Shown here: piece by piece, positions 52,501 to 64,000 of the stretch
Position numbering within the stretch: position 1 is the first letter of the stretch
Layout: every line of letters starts with the position of its first letter
Origin: Antedon mediterranea
Lineage: Eukaryota; Animalia; Echinodermata
Length of the DNA stretch: 64,000 bases
NCBI RefSeq assembly: GCF_964355755.1
Contig: NC_092676.1
Coordinates: forward strand, 2,485,788-2,549,787
Direction of reading: 5' to 3'
The notes under the pieces: model-generated
Told to the model about the DNA's origin: nothing
The model's input: only the letters and a program-made list of their open reading frames with translations
The model's database searches: none
Translations under genes and position numbers: made by a program

Positions 52501-52897
52501 TAACTGAAGCTGAGTCAGCATTTAATTTAATAAAATAACTCAGGATGTATTACGTTTGTTTGTAATACAATTTACTCATTAGATCACCACACTATTGTTA
52601 AATCACTTTATGTCGATAAATGCCATAATCTACCAGTTTTAAAGAGATTTTAAAACCGTAAAAACTGTTAAAAATCAATTGTGTTAATATGGAAATCATT
52701 TTTTTGTCATGATTCTTCTAAATTTGTTATGTAAATAAAATTCAGAAGCAATTAATATATTATTTACATTTATATTAAAATATTAAATGCTTTACGTAAT
52801 TTAATTGAATTTAATAGTTTAGTTGATTGATTAGTTTATCAAAGTCACAACAAGGCAAGGTGATTTAATACTTTTTATTTTATTCATGGGAAATAAA

Positions 52898-53030
52898 GGT
52901 TCCCACTAGGATGCAATGCAAGAATATATAAGTACAACGTAAGTGATTTGACCAATCGCAAGCGATGGATTATTCAAGATGTTGTTTGTCATTGGTCAAC
53001 TCACTTGTGCTGCATCTCCTAGTGGGAACC
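52898..53030. mobile_element. Palindromic Harbinger-type MITE (TIR ggttcccactagga); core also at about 37231-37281 in reverse
   Basis: 14-bp perfect TIR and an inner ttgaccaat / attggtcaa inverted pair. Confidence 0.7.
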
Positions 53031-53599
53031 ACGATTAATATTTACATTACATGTTGTTGTGTTAATACAATTATTTGTAGTAAATATTTGCACATAAGCT
53101 TTGACATTAGACACAATGTTTAATCCATTTTAGTCATAATGCCGTTGCATATTATACTGGTTTGTAAAAAATTGACATAGAAAGAATTTAGCAAAAACAA
53201 GAAATGTGCACTAGGATAAAGTCTTTATGGAACAGGATGTATTTAGCAAATGCGGACGGACACTTAAGAACAGGTCTTTAAAATGTTAGGTGTTTAAGGA
53301 AATTCAACATGTAAGAAAGTCGTACCATACTGTTTGTAGATTACTTTCTATTGAATGAAGTTAGAACATTAGGCTATGTTTGTTCTTTATTTACTGTCTG
53401 CTCAGTTTCCTTAACTTTTGATTCATTTTTAGTAAAAAAACAAAAAATACAATCATTGTTTGTTTGTCTCATTATGGAGGTATGGTGTGTTACTACTGTA
53501 TATGACTGTTTGTGGGTGTTATCCCAAATGACATTTGCAATTTATCATACATTCAACATTCTGACATTTTTAAAACATTCCAATGCCATTTATACTGTA

Positions 53600-53828
53600 T
53601 GAAAATTTGGGAAAATTAGGCGATGGAATTATTTTCGGACTATTATTTGGGGACCCCTTTGGAAACAAGCCTCTGGGCTTAAAGGGCCATCCTCTGCTTT
53701 CCATGCTTATTTTCTTGTCTAGTCTTGTATTTTTATATTTTATGTTTCTCTTTTTATTTCATTTACATTATACTGTTTTATTTATTTGTACTGTATTTGG
53801 AAAGCAATAAATATTACTTACTTACTAT
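53600..53828 (+). mobile_element. Probable 3' end of a CR1/L2-type LINE
   Basis: aagcc..ggctt stem-loop, T-rich UTR, aataaa followed by a (ttac)n tail. Similar aataaa + microsatellite tails occur at about 52436-52457, about 53925-53945 and about 41750-41790 (-). Confidence 0.45.
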
Positions 53829-55685
53829 ATTAATAATAGAATTTTAAAGTGTTTTGTTTAATTTCAGCCTAATGTGGTATTATATACGTCGTCATGTTTA
53901 TTTTCTATGAACCAGAGATTCTGAAATAAAAATTTGAATTGAATTATCAAGCATAAAGATTATAGTCGATAATTATTAATTAAGGATAAAATAATATTTA
54001 CTGTATTTACTAGTACAGCTTTACACATTCATAGAATAGGCACTGTAGCACACTGGCTTGACCTGTTGGCCAGTAATACTCATACAATTTACTATCTGTC
54101 TCCAAACCTCACAACAACAGGAAGTTCATCGTTAATTCAACATGGATTATTCTTATCTTGTGATCAATATTATCTATTTATTAATACAATAAAAGTAAAA
54201 GAACAAAATGATAGTAATATTTCCCATGGAAATACACTTAATCCAAGTTTTGTTAAGTTAACTATGAGGATGTTTGCTTATTATTTATCTAACCTCTGTG
54301 ACGCGTGGCGCTAATGCAGAATTATTGATGCACGTTAAAACACAAATCAGGTTTAGTGCTCAAAAACTGTGTTTCAGTCCATTAGTTAAACATAGTAATG
54401 ACAATAATATTTTTAGATATCTATGTACGCCCTCGATTTTATGCAGTTCTTTTTAATAACTTCCTCAAAAGTGTTTGATATTTCCTAACATAAACGTTGT
54501 TGTCTTCCATTCTCAACAATCACTTTGAGCAGCAAGTTTTCAGTCAGCTAGGGCCATGTGCTTCTCTCTTTTACAGTCAAAATACAGTTAATAACTTTTC
54601 ATATCACTTGATTTTTCACTAGCTATTGATAATTAAGGTAGGGATATAATTTATCAACACATCTTTTTTGCACAAGGCAACCCCACCCAATTTTTTTAGC
54701 ACACAATCTGTTGCAGAAATCCAGGGTCCACTCCTGGTATCAAACTAGAACTGGTATAGAATGGAATATTCTTTAGTAGCGTACCCATTTTCAGTTCAAC
54801 ACATGTCACATTGACTACTTTAGGCTTTGAGCTGCAGTAGATAGATATTATTTTCAGTTCAACACATGTCATGCTTAGAGCTGTAGTAATCTGCTCATAG
54901 ATATGTTTTATTTTTTGTTCAACAAATCTTAGGATTATTTTCCTAGGCCTAGAGCTGCAGCAGTAGCTAGCATACATATCTGTCAGATTGTCTACATTGC
55001 ACATTGCAAAGTGTCGTCTACAATTCGTTTCCTTTCCCTGAAGTCTGATAGTCACTTTTAATTATGAATGGAATGTAGGCTATTGAGTGTCGTGTACTTT
55101 ATCTTATATTGACTCTTATATCAAGGGGCTGTCGCATCTACAAACCTTAACCACATTGCTAAGATTGATAGTATATACAGTACACTATACAGTAGTGAGC
55201 TAGGGGCGGATTTTAAAAGGGAGAGGTTGTACCATAAGGGTTCGTAAAATGATTCATTTTCAACTAGGAAATATACCCGATCCCAAATGTTGCTTAAAAC
55301 CTTTCCCAGTGCGATTCCAGTCATTTTGACGCACCACATGATGGATGCGTACAGTAGCAAAAACTTGTATTCTAACAAACAAACATATGCTTTCTCTCTC
55401 TATACTGTAAAAGGGAGGAAACTTAAAGATTTAAATTGCTCCTAGATGAAAATGAAATTCCCTTCTAAAATATTATATGTTTATTTGATACTACCACTAC
55501 CAGCATAAAAGTAAATTGTCATTCAATCCTAAAACTTTTTATATAATACAATATAATGTTAAAGAGCTACAATGGGAAACTTATGCTATAGGTTGAATTC
55601 AGTATTAAAGATCATTATATTGGTTTTGATTGATCATAAATATTTCCATTATTTACACATTTTTTTCCTTGAATTTTGACTTTAG

Positions 55686-55871
55686 ACTAACGGAATAAAA
55701 GACACACAAGACCAAATACGTAAACTTGAAGCCGGTAAGGAATCTCTTTTACTACAAGTTGCCGTTCTAACTGATCAGGTCGAAGTTCAAAGTGAAAAGA
55801 TCAACGAACTTGAGTTCACGCTTTCGGAAGAAAACAAATTGGTTGCTCAGAAGGAGAGTCAGATGAAAGAG
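55686..55871 (+). CDS. PPFIBP1: Liprin-beta coiled-coil exon: TNGIKDTQDQIRKLEAGKESLLLQVAVLTDQVEVQSEKINELEFTLSEENKLVAQKESQMKE
   Basis: tttag acceptor, GAG|gtaagg donor, 186 nt, phase 0/0. Contains the conserved KESLxLQVxVLTDQVExQxEKI motif of liprin-beta. Confidence 0.95.
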
Positions 55872-56744
55872 GTAAGGGAGGCTAACAAGGACAAAATAGC
55901 AAACCCAACAGAATGGTGATTGCTTCTCTGTTCAATGTTGATGTGAACATTTTAAAACTACTGTACTACTGTATGTGTACAAGATTCAGCAATAATTTCA
56001 TGGATTTCTGTCAAAAATAATTTATGGTGGATGGGCAAATCTAATAAATTTGAGGAAGTTACTTCTTTAAATGGGTTGGGAAATGGAAGTTTAGCTACTG
56101 TAGGATTGGAAGAATTTATAAATGACCCTGTCCATGATTATAACTATATTTTTAGATTCTGCACCACAATTAAGCAATGCATTGACGTCATAACAGTTTT
56201 TATCTCCAAGATTCTTGAAATACTACTACTACATTTATTTTACATAATTGTTATGTGATGGTTTTTATGGTAACCTAGAAACAACGACAAAAGGATAACG
56301 CTTTATTTAATAGAGCAATACAAGTGATAAAACAATTCCGGAATTTAGGTTTCAGTCTCGCTACCAGATCCGTATAACAGTAAAAATGCTGTAAGCTGAT
56401 AAAACAAAGGCACTTAGGAGAATATGTGCACACCTGGTTGGACTCTAATGGTTTACATAACAAAGATACTTATTGTAATATGATATGGGAAGCATTAGGA
56501 ATTTAACTCGTTAGGATTTAACCGAATTGATCATTATATCCGTATCTGCAGCGCTCGTAGATTGGTAATCAAGTTCATTTTATGCAGGCGTAGATACTAT
56601 ATTGTATTCATACTTTAATGTTGTGTTGATTGTAATGGCGGCGTCTTAATATCAGGGTCATGTTTTATGTTATTGCGGTTTGTAAATCTGACCTTTTGTA
56701 AAATTATTTTTATGCAAATATTTTATAGTACTTATATTTATAAT

Positions 56745-57005
56745 CTGCATTATCATTATCAATTTCATCAATATCATCTTCAGATCTTTAGCATCATTGT
56801 CATCATCATCATCATCATCATCGTCATCATCATCATCATCTTGATCATGTTTTGTTTCATCCTGATTATCATCATCATCATCATCATCATCATGTTTCAT
56901 CCTGATTATCATCGTCGTCGTCGTCTTGATCATGTTTCATCCTGATGATGATGATCACCATCATCATGATTCATCCTGATAATCTTCATTATCATCAACA
57001 TTATC
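56745..57005. repeat. (CAT)n microsatellite region just upstream of exon 57054
   Basis: Directly visible. Source of the Asp-rich and Ile-rich spurious ORFs. Confidence 0.95.
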
Positions 57006-57053
57006 AATTGGATATATTATTTCATATTTTTACTACAAATATTTTTATTTTAG

Positions 57054-57185
57054 GAAATGAGCTTAAGGCATTCACTGGAAAGCCATAAGTTAGACTTAAT
57101 TGCTGAGATCACAAGCTTAAAGTTACAACTGAATGGTGCTAAGCAAGAACTGACAGAATGGAAGGAAAAAGCCATAGAAAGCAAG
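57054..57185 (+). CDS. PPFIBP1: Liprin-beta coiled-coil exon: EMSLRHSLESHKLDLIAEITSLKLQLNGAKQELTEWKEKAIESK
   Basis: ttttag acceptor, AAG|gtaat donor, 132 nt, phase 0/0. Matches the conserved RxSLExxKLDLxAEIxxLKL motif. Confidence 0.95.
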
Positions 57186-57368
57186 GTAATAAACATAATC
57201 ATCTATAATCTGAGCGTGAAGCTTAGTTCTCATTTGCCAATTCACTAGGTGTCTACACACTATTTTATTAGCCAGGATGAAAAACACAAAATCTATAATC
57301 ATGAAATTTAAAATAATGTCTGGGGTAGATCTTTTTTAATAAGCCTTGACGTGGGAAATAATTAGAAT

Positions 57369-57404
57369 CATAGAGATAAGATAGAGAACTGTAATATCTC
57401 TATG
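57369..57404. mobile_element. 36-bp P-superfamily-like mini element
   Basis: 10-bp TIR catagagata / tatctctatg, 7-bp near-TSD ttagaat / ttagaac. Confidence 0.55.
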
Positions 57405-57496
57405 TTAGAACTGATTTTTTAATAAGCCACAAAGTAAGTTGGGTTAATAGCAAGTAGAGGTTTGACTACTGTCACCAGGCTAGTAGGCACTACTTT

Positions 57497-59297
57497 TTTT
57501 TTTTTCTCTTTTGTGGCGTGAACCACCACCTTTATTCTTTCATATCATAATTAAATACATTACAAATAAATCAGTAATATCTGTCTTCATATGTTCTTTC
57601 TTTAATTATATTGTTTTCCATTAATATTCTACATTTTTCTTTATCTTTTTCTGCTCAAAAAAAAAATATCAGTAATTTTTGTCAATTTTAGTTTTTCACA
57701 TATTGTTTCCAATATTATCCTCCTGCTTTCATGGTTTGTTATTATTCACATTGTACACAGACAATATACATACCATTTATATACATCTTATAGACATTAT
57801 ATACAAAGATATAAAACAACGTTTAATAAATTTATTAGGTACCGGTAACTCTTTTAACATTATATGAGCGTTAGTTTGTTCAGATCCTTAACAATAGACT
57901 TAAATACAATCCAAGAGTTTTTACACACTGGTTTGTTTAATTCAGTTAAAATCTTAATGTTATATATTGAGAAGACAGCTCAATTGAATATAAGTCATTT
58001 TTGTATTCACAATCAGACCCTAAAAGAAGTTCTCTAAAAGAGCTTCTGCCATTGTCAATATTTTTAAAAATGTTATCTATGTTTGTCCATAAAGTTTTAT
58101 TTCGTATGCATTCAAAAAACATGTGTTTTTCGTCTTCAATTATCCCACATAAGTCACATACATTATTCATTTTCACATGCCACTTATGAAGCCTTTGATT
58201 AGTCGGAACAATTTTGTTCAACAGCTTGTAATTTAGTTGTGCATATTTTTTGTTTTTTTCATTTTTCACTTTTTTTATCCAAACATCACTCCAATTTATT
58301 TTCTGAGTGTTAAAGGCCATATTCCATTTGCCCATTACATGCGGATAAATAAATTTTTCTTTAATAAAGCACGAATATATAAGTTTTGTTTCCAGCATAT
58401 AGGCGTCATTCGTTATGATGCACTCATCTTTTATATTTGTAGCCACGTTCTTGTTGTAATTTTTAATTATATTAATCCAATCTTTTGGAATAGCATCAAC
58501 TAAGGAAGCATATTCCATGAGCCAGTTTATTTTATTACGTAGTGTTTCAAGGATTTCATTAGATGTTTTCAAACGGTTAAAATTAATTATATCAAATATT
58601 TTTTTAAATCCTGAATCAAACCAATTTTTATAAAACAAAGACCTTTTTTTGTACACAATATATTTGTTTCCCCATAAACTTTGATTAACAACTTCTTCAT
58701 AAGTATTAATTTCATGGCAGCAGTTTTCGTTAAATTCAGTACAACATTGTATCACTTTTAAATAAAAAGGAGGAATGTTTTTCAAAGTAATGCAATTTAC
58801 CAGGTTAATATTTGACATACTAAAGAACAATCTTTCATTTCCAAACTTATTTATATAATATGTTGGTAATAGCTTCCATCTCACATGCTTTCTACATATT
58901 AATTTTCTCGCCCATGCAACCTTGAGCGCTTTGACCTGTAATGCAAAATCCGGCATATTAATACCTCCATCTTTTAGCTTGCCAATTAATGTCTTTCTTT
59001 TAATTTTTTCCCCTTTTCCATTCCATAGGAAATCGTATGTCAGTTTATTCACCTGTAAAACAACATAATTTGGTACATCAATTATAGAGGCGTTATAAAT
59101 TAGTTTAGATAAACCGAGACTCTTTAAAATTGTAACTTTTCCAAAATATGTAAGGTTTCTACCTTTCCACGTGTTGAGTAGTCTTTCTAAACTTAACAAT
59201 TTATTAGCCCAGTTTAGTTCTTGACATTCATCCTTTTTATAACCTACATATATTCCTAAAATTTTAATTGGTTTTTTAACCCAATTTAAGTTACATG
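57497..59297 (-). mobile_element. 5'-truncated L1/Tx1-clade LINE, antisense in a liprin-beta intron
   Basis: Perfect 14-bp TSD gtaggcactacttt (57483-57496 / 59298-59311), poly(A) tail, AATAAA at 57531-57536 (-), and a C-terminal ORF2 fragment. Confidence 0.93.
57946..59295 (-). pseudogene. C-terminal part of L1/Tx1 ORF2 (end of RT with KILGI, WxxRxLTxxGK motif, CCHC finger CDLC...H...C)
   Basis: The frame is open from the truncation point (CNLNWVKKPIKILGIYVG...) for about 450 codons. It lacks the endonuclease and RT core, so it is non-autonomous. Confidence 0.9.
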
Positions 59298-59400
59298 GTA
59301 GGCACTACTTTACTCAATTGTGCTTGCTAGTTTTAGTTAAAAGGTATATAGACAGATTACAAACAAGTTTTTCTCAATAAAATGTTTTTGTATTTTTCAG

Positions 59401-59457
59401 TCTTCTCGGATGGAGAAAGAAAATGAGTCCATTCAGGAGAAATACAAATCAGCACAG
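59401..59457 (+). CDS. PPFIBP1: Liprin-beta small coiled-coil exon: SSRMEKENESIQEKYKSAQ
   Basis: Strong acceptor tgtatttttcag, donor CAG|gtaat, 57 nt open in phase 0/0, charged coiled-coil composition. Confidence 0.75.
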
Positions 59458-59556
59458 GTAATGAAAGGAGAAATAAAATTCAAAAAACGAATCTTAAAAT
59501 TCAATTGTTTTGGAATGTAATTGGAAACATTAAAAAAACTCTGTAATTCAGTAGTT

Positions 59557-59716
59557 GAATATCAGGGCCCCTGAATATCAGGGCCCCTGAATATCAGGGC
59601 CCCTTGATATCAGGGCCCCTTGATATCAGGGCTCCTGTATATTAGTGCCCCTTGATATCAGGTCCCTGGATGTCAGGACCCCTGGATATCAGGGCCTCTG
59701 AATATCAGTTCCCCTG
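59557..59716. repeat. 16-bp near-palindromic tandem repeat tgaatatcagggcccc, about 10 copies
   Basis: Directly visible, degenerating towards the right. Confidence 0.9.
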
Positions 59717-59995
59717 CGAGGGACCTGGAATGGACACCCTCTCTAATTTATGTTGAAATAGAAAATAAATAAATGCCTATTGAAAATAAACAAAACCTAT
59801 AAACTTGTTTATTCTTACTGATAAAATATATCGATGAAATATCACCATAATATGTATAATTTAATCTTCTCTATTATTCTTAATTTATTAATTTTATTTG
59901 ATTTATGAACCAGTTCTCTTTCTAATGTTTTTAATAGTGCACAATCTATTTTCTTGATTAACTATGATTTTGATTTATTTGTTTACATTCTTAAG

Positions 59996-60058
59996 CTTAA
60001 CATCAATGATTTACATACAGAAGCCAATGAATGGCAAGAGAAATACATGATAAGTCAG
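59996..60058 (+). CDS. PPFIBP1: Liprin-beta small coiled-coil exon: LNINDLHTEANEWQEKYMISQ
   Basis: Acceptor cattcttaag (less common AAG), strong donor CAG|gtgag, 63 nt, phase 0/0. Similar to the ends of the two preceding exons. Confidence 0.7.
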
Positions 60059-61206
60059 GTGAGCAGATCCAGCCTACAAAATTACCCGTCCATTTTTTGT
60101 TTTAATTTTAAATTGACTTATAAAAATAAACATATCATCCCAGTCACTATTAGACAATAATTAGAAATACTCTACAACTAAACAACAAATCCATGTTCAC
60201 AAGCAGGCTTTGTATATATTCATTACTTACATGAATGAATTCTGATGGGAACATGTGTCTCTCCTCTCCCCCGACATCCTCTCCTTCTTAACCCCTTCCC
60301 CTCTCAACCCCTTCCCTTTCTCAACTCCCCCACCCCCCTCTCAACCCCTCCCCTCTCAACCCACGCCTTCCTTACCTCTTTGTAGAAACATAGTGCTTAA
60401 ATAGTTATATTTGTTTCATATAAATATTTCATTCCATTTCCATTTACTCTTGGTTTCTTATTTCTGGGTCAAACACTAACAGATTATAACACATCATTTT
60501 ATATCATATTTTATTTTTATATGAGCTTTCTATATATATATATTGCATGGTATTTTATTTTTATTCATTTTTCACTTTGAACTCTGACCTACCAGACAAT
60601 CATATATCGAAATAGAATAAATGCTTTTTACATCCATATTTTCACCATGTGTTTTTCATGAAGTATTATACCCTTTATAGATGTCGAATATTGTTTACAA
60701 ATCTATAAATTACAAGTAAAACCATGGAGTAAAGAATAAGAGGAGACACAACTTGAATAGTTCAGTCAGTTCATCGTGTTTACCGCTTGCTTAAGGCTAT
60801 GCTTGTAATGAGTATTTAAGGAGGTGCTAAACACTGCCGTTACGTAACCCAATTAGCAAAGAGTACAATGTTTACTGCCCGCGGTCAATTTTGGTGTTAG
60901 TACACATGCGTATTAGGACGTCACAATACTCTTGCTAGGCGATGTGCGTTCAAGCGTGAAAGGTGTACTATATACTGTTTGTAGACCTACTGAACTTGTA
61001 TTCCGACCTTGTTTATTAATTTTTATTAAAAAGCAGCGCTATATATATATTCTACTGGATATCTTTTATTAATAAATTAATAATACGAGTTTTATACGGC
61101 ACCAACAAAGGAATTATATTTATATGGTTTACTGTGTACTAAATGTTGGTAATTTCTCCAGACAACTTATCATGAATCATGATGAATAAATGGGTTTAAT
61201 AAGGAC

Positions 61207-61290
61207 CAGTGGTGGTGCCAGCGGGGGGTTACGGGGGCTGTATCCCCTCGTCGTCTCCCCCCCCCCTCCCCTCTTCCCCGTCTGGGAAAC
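61207..61290 (+). mobile_element. Possible hAT-type left terminus (cagtggtggtgccagcggggg...)
   Basis: CAG-initiated GC-rich end with G/C-run subterminal motifs. No matching right end or TSD found. Confidence 0.35.
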
Positions 61291-63069
61291 GCGAGTACTT
61301 TTCGTCGGGGAATATAATATACAGTAAAAATCATTCGCGTTCACTTCGTATAACTTCAGCGCCTAGAAAAACCGCGACGTTCCATTTTTTTTAGTACTGT
61401 ACGTTGCTTGGTGGAGCGGAGAGCTATTGCACTTTGCATGCATGATTGCCAGCGATCTAATAAACAATGAATAGGTACCCACTTGTCTGGCGGTTCCCCT
61501 TTGTACGAATTGTTTAACATTGGACCTGTTCCATTGCGGTTTACGTGTGATATCATGTTCCATCCAGGGACCAGAATGTGTACTGTACTAGTTACTTTCC
61601 AGGCGAAGTTTACAGCCGCATCAGTCATGATCGACGTACGCAATACAGCAAAAGGGTACGAATAATGTTGGCGATCTATTGTTCGTATGTCCGATTTTTT
61701 AATTTTACGATTAACCGCTATGTACCGAACTGTACATAATCCTTTTTTATACAATGGCTTATAATTACAAAAGAGCATAGACTATATTTGTAATTGAATT
61801 TTTAACCAACACATATCATTTGTAGTTGTTGTTACGGGTTGATACTAAACGAATATTCTCGTAGTACCGTACCATTTTATACCATATTATATAATATTAT
61901 AATAACGACCAACCGAAAACTAAAACTAATTGATTAATTTCTTCTTTAATAAAATATTACTACTATTTGTTTTCTAACGTTATTACAATTATTAATATAT
62001 TAATATAGACCTACATAAAAAAAACCTATTATTATTATTAATATTGTTTATTGTTACTATAGGCGCGCCTATGCCTGAAGCTATTAGGCCTACCGGTTAC
62101 GGTATGCACTAAATATGTCCATCATTATGGGATTAAATATTATCCTTATTTAGGCTATTTATTAAATAATAATATATTACGAACTACTAGGCCTATGTGT
62201 AGCCACAAATCGTTAAACGATATATAATTTAAGTCCTACAAGTTCACTGAACTCTAAGTGATTGTAAAAATCATATATTTTATGATATTAATATCATAAA
62301 TAATTTAATTATACAATATCAGACTAAATTAGAAGAATGTTAGTTTTGCTAAACAGTCATAATATAGACTGAAACATAAATTAAATGTCATATACAGTAA
62401 TAAAAATAAGAAATTGTGTCGTTGGAATTCTACTATACGTATATTTTTGAATATTCATGAGAACAAATTATATAATTTTTTTCATGCGCGCATTTGCGCG
62501 CACTAAAATGTGATTTTAAAATAAGTTGGAGTCTTTAATATGCTACAAAATGCACTAGGGTTCGTAAATTAAAAAGTTGCTTAAACGGTAAAATTTCGAT
62601 TTACCAAATGATACGTCTATGGCTTGATAAAAATATGATTAATTTGTTAGCTGGTATAAAAACTGCGATATCTCCGTGAAAATTTACTCGATTTTTAAAC
62701 GGTTTTTTCGAGAAAAAAGCTCAAAGAACAATGAACAACTGCACAAAGGTCATGCTTCACTATGATGTATTAGAAACTACTGCGCAGCCTCTGTTTACTT
62801 TTTTTGTCACCGATGTCATGCCTGGCTTCTTCCTTAATTAGGGTGTTACGTAATCAGAGCCGACTCTGCAGTGAGCTGCACGGGTAAACAGGATGTTCTT
62901 CAAAGGATCGTTATGGGAAGTTTATTACCCTATGCTTAAGCACTACCGCACAGCGTGATACTAATTGGATTAACTGGATAGCTAGGCCGAGTTGTGCCTC
63001 CTCTTATTCTTTACTCCATGGTAAAACATTATAGTGGTAGATTGGTGATATATTATTGTCCAGAAAGTT

Positions 63070-63332
63070 CTATAACCCAGGTTAATACAGAGTATCCTAA
63101 TTTTTAGTGATAAATTCTGGATAGATTAGTGTCTATGTACCGTAACCCTGATTAATACAGAACATTCTAGTGAAAGATTATAGTCTATGTAACCCTAGTA
63201 AAATACAGAGCATTTTAGTGATAAAGTGATGATAGATTATTTTCTATGTAACCCTGGTAAATACAGAGCATTTTAGTGATAGACTGATGATAGATTATTG
63301 TCTCTGAACCCTGGTTAATACAGAACATTCTA
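63070..63332. repeat. ~58-bp tandem repeat aaccctggt.aatacagagcattttagtgata...gatagattat, about 5 copies
   Basis: Directly visible, with length variants. Confidence 0.85.
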
Positions 63333-63941
63333 GCAATGCCCTTTCCTGATGTGTACTTTTAAATTTTGTAAATATATAGCAGAAAGTCAATTACAACCAT
63401 AGTTCTGACACTAATATCATGCTCTCGTTCACTAACAAATCATGTCTGCTATTTTTGATGCCCTAACCTCCTCAACTTTGTTTTTCTGTCTGGCTTTTGC
63501 TTACCACAAATAAAGTCATACGCCTAACATGTAATTAAGAGGAAAACAAACAGACGAACAAAACCGTTTAATTACGAGAGCGGACATTTTTGTTTTCCAA
63601 ATTTTATCTAGATACATTCATTAGCATATATTAGAAATTATAATGAACAAACAAACAACAAATATAGATATAAATATTTCAATTTTATTTGTTGTCCTTT
63701 AATAAAATTTCTTCCCACGGAATGGAACTATAGTGTCATAATGCCCCATCTTGCAATGGCATATTTATACTCCTCTCTCTGTGTGTTCCGTACAGTGTAT
63801 TTTAGATCCTGTAGTATGACTACGTTTTTGTTAAACTATAGTTTTGTAGTTCAGTATTCTGAACTCAATACTGTTCTTGTCTGTTTTTAATTTTATAGAA
63901 TTTATAGAATAGCAATAGAAAGCATCCAATTGTTTTATTTA

Positions 63942-64000
63942 TTTGTTGGTGCCAATAAATTGTTTGTTTGTTGGTGCCAATAAATTGTTTGTTTGTTGGT
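63942..64000. repeat. Short tandem repeat (tttgttggtgccaataaattgtttg core) running off the window end
   Basis: About two copies visible. Confidence 0.75.

Noticed and set aside
56667-56945. Poly-Ile and poly-Asp ORFs
   Set aside because: (CAT)n microsatellite.
57946-59199. 417-aa ORF as an intact or domesticated gene
   Set aside because: The frame runs open to the 5' truncation point at the TSD, has no proper start, and lacks the endonuclease and RT core. It is a retrotransposed fragment.
1-64000. Prokaryotic-type novel defence, retron or RNA-guided system
   Set aside because: The window is intron-rich animal DNA. No operon, nuclease ORF or unique-spacer array was visible.

Overview
AT-rich animal genomic DNA, probably a marine invertebrate deuterostome such as an echinoderm (inferred from composition and repeat content). 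There is no prokaryotic operon or CRISPR. The window holds the 5' part of one large + strand gene, liprin-beta (PPFIBP1/2 orthologue). Six phase-consistent coding exons lie at 19661-19736, 41165-41406, 55686-55871, 57054-57185, 59401-59457 and 59996-60058, and the gene continues past the window. A candidate alternative first coding exon at 29674-29710 encodes a polybasic N-terminus (MFRRRKKKVKLNG). Intronic and upstream DNA is dense in mobile elements: a 4.2 kb TIR-bounded composite element with a nested minisatellite and two Helentron-type (DINE/HINE) elements, an internally deleted Academ-like transposon, a young 5'-truncated L1/Tx1 LINE with a 14-bp TSD, about 14 copies of a Harbinger-type MITE, other MITEs, tRNA-derived SINEs and several satellites. 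Most ORFs in the supplied track are artefacts of repeats or AT-rich sequence. All family assignments come from motif recognition, not database searches.
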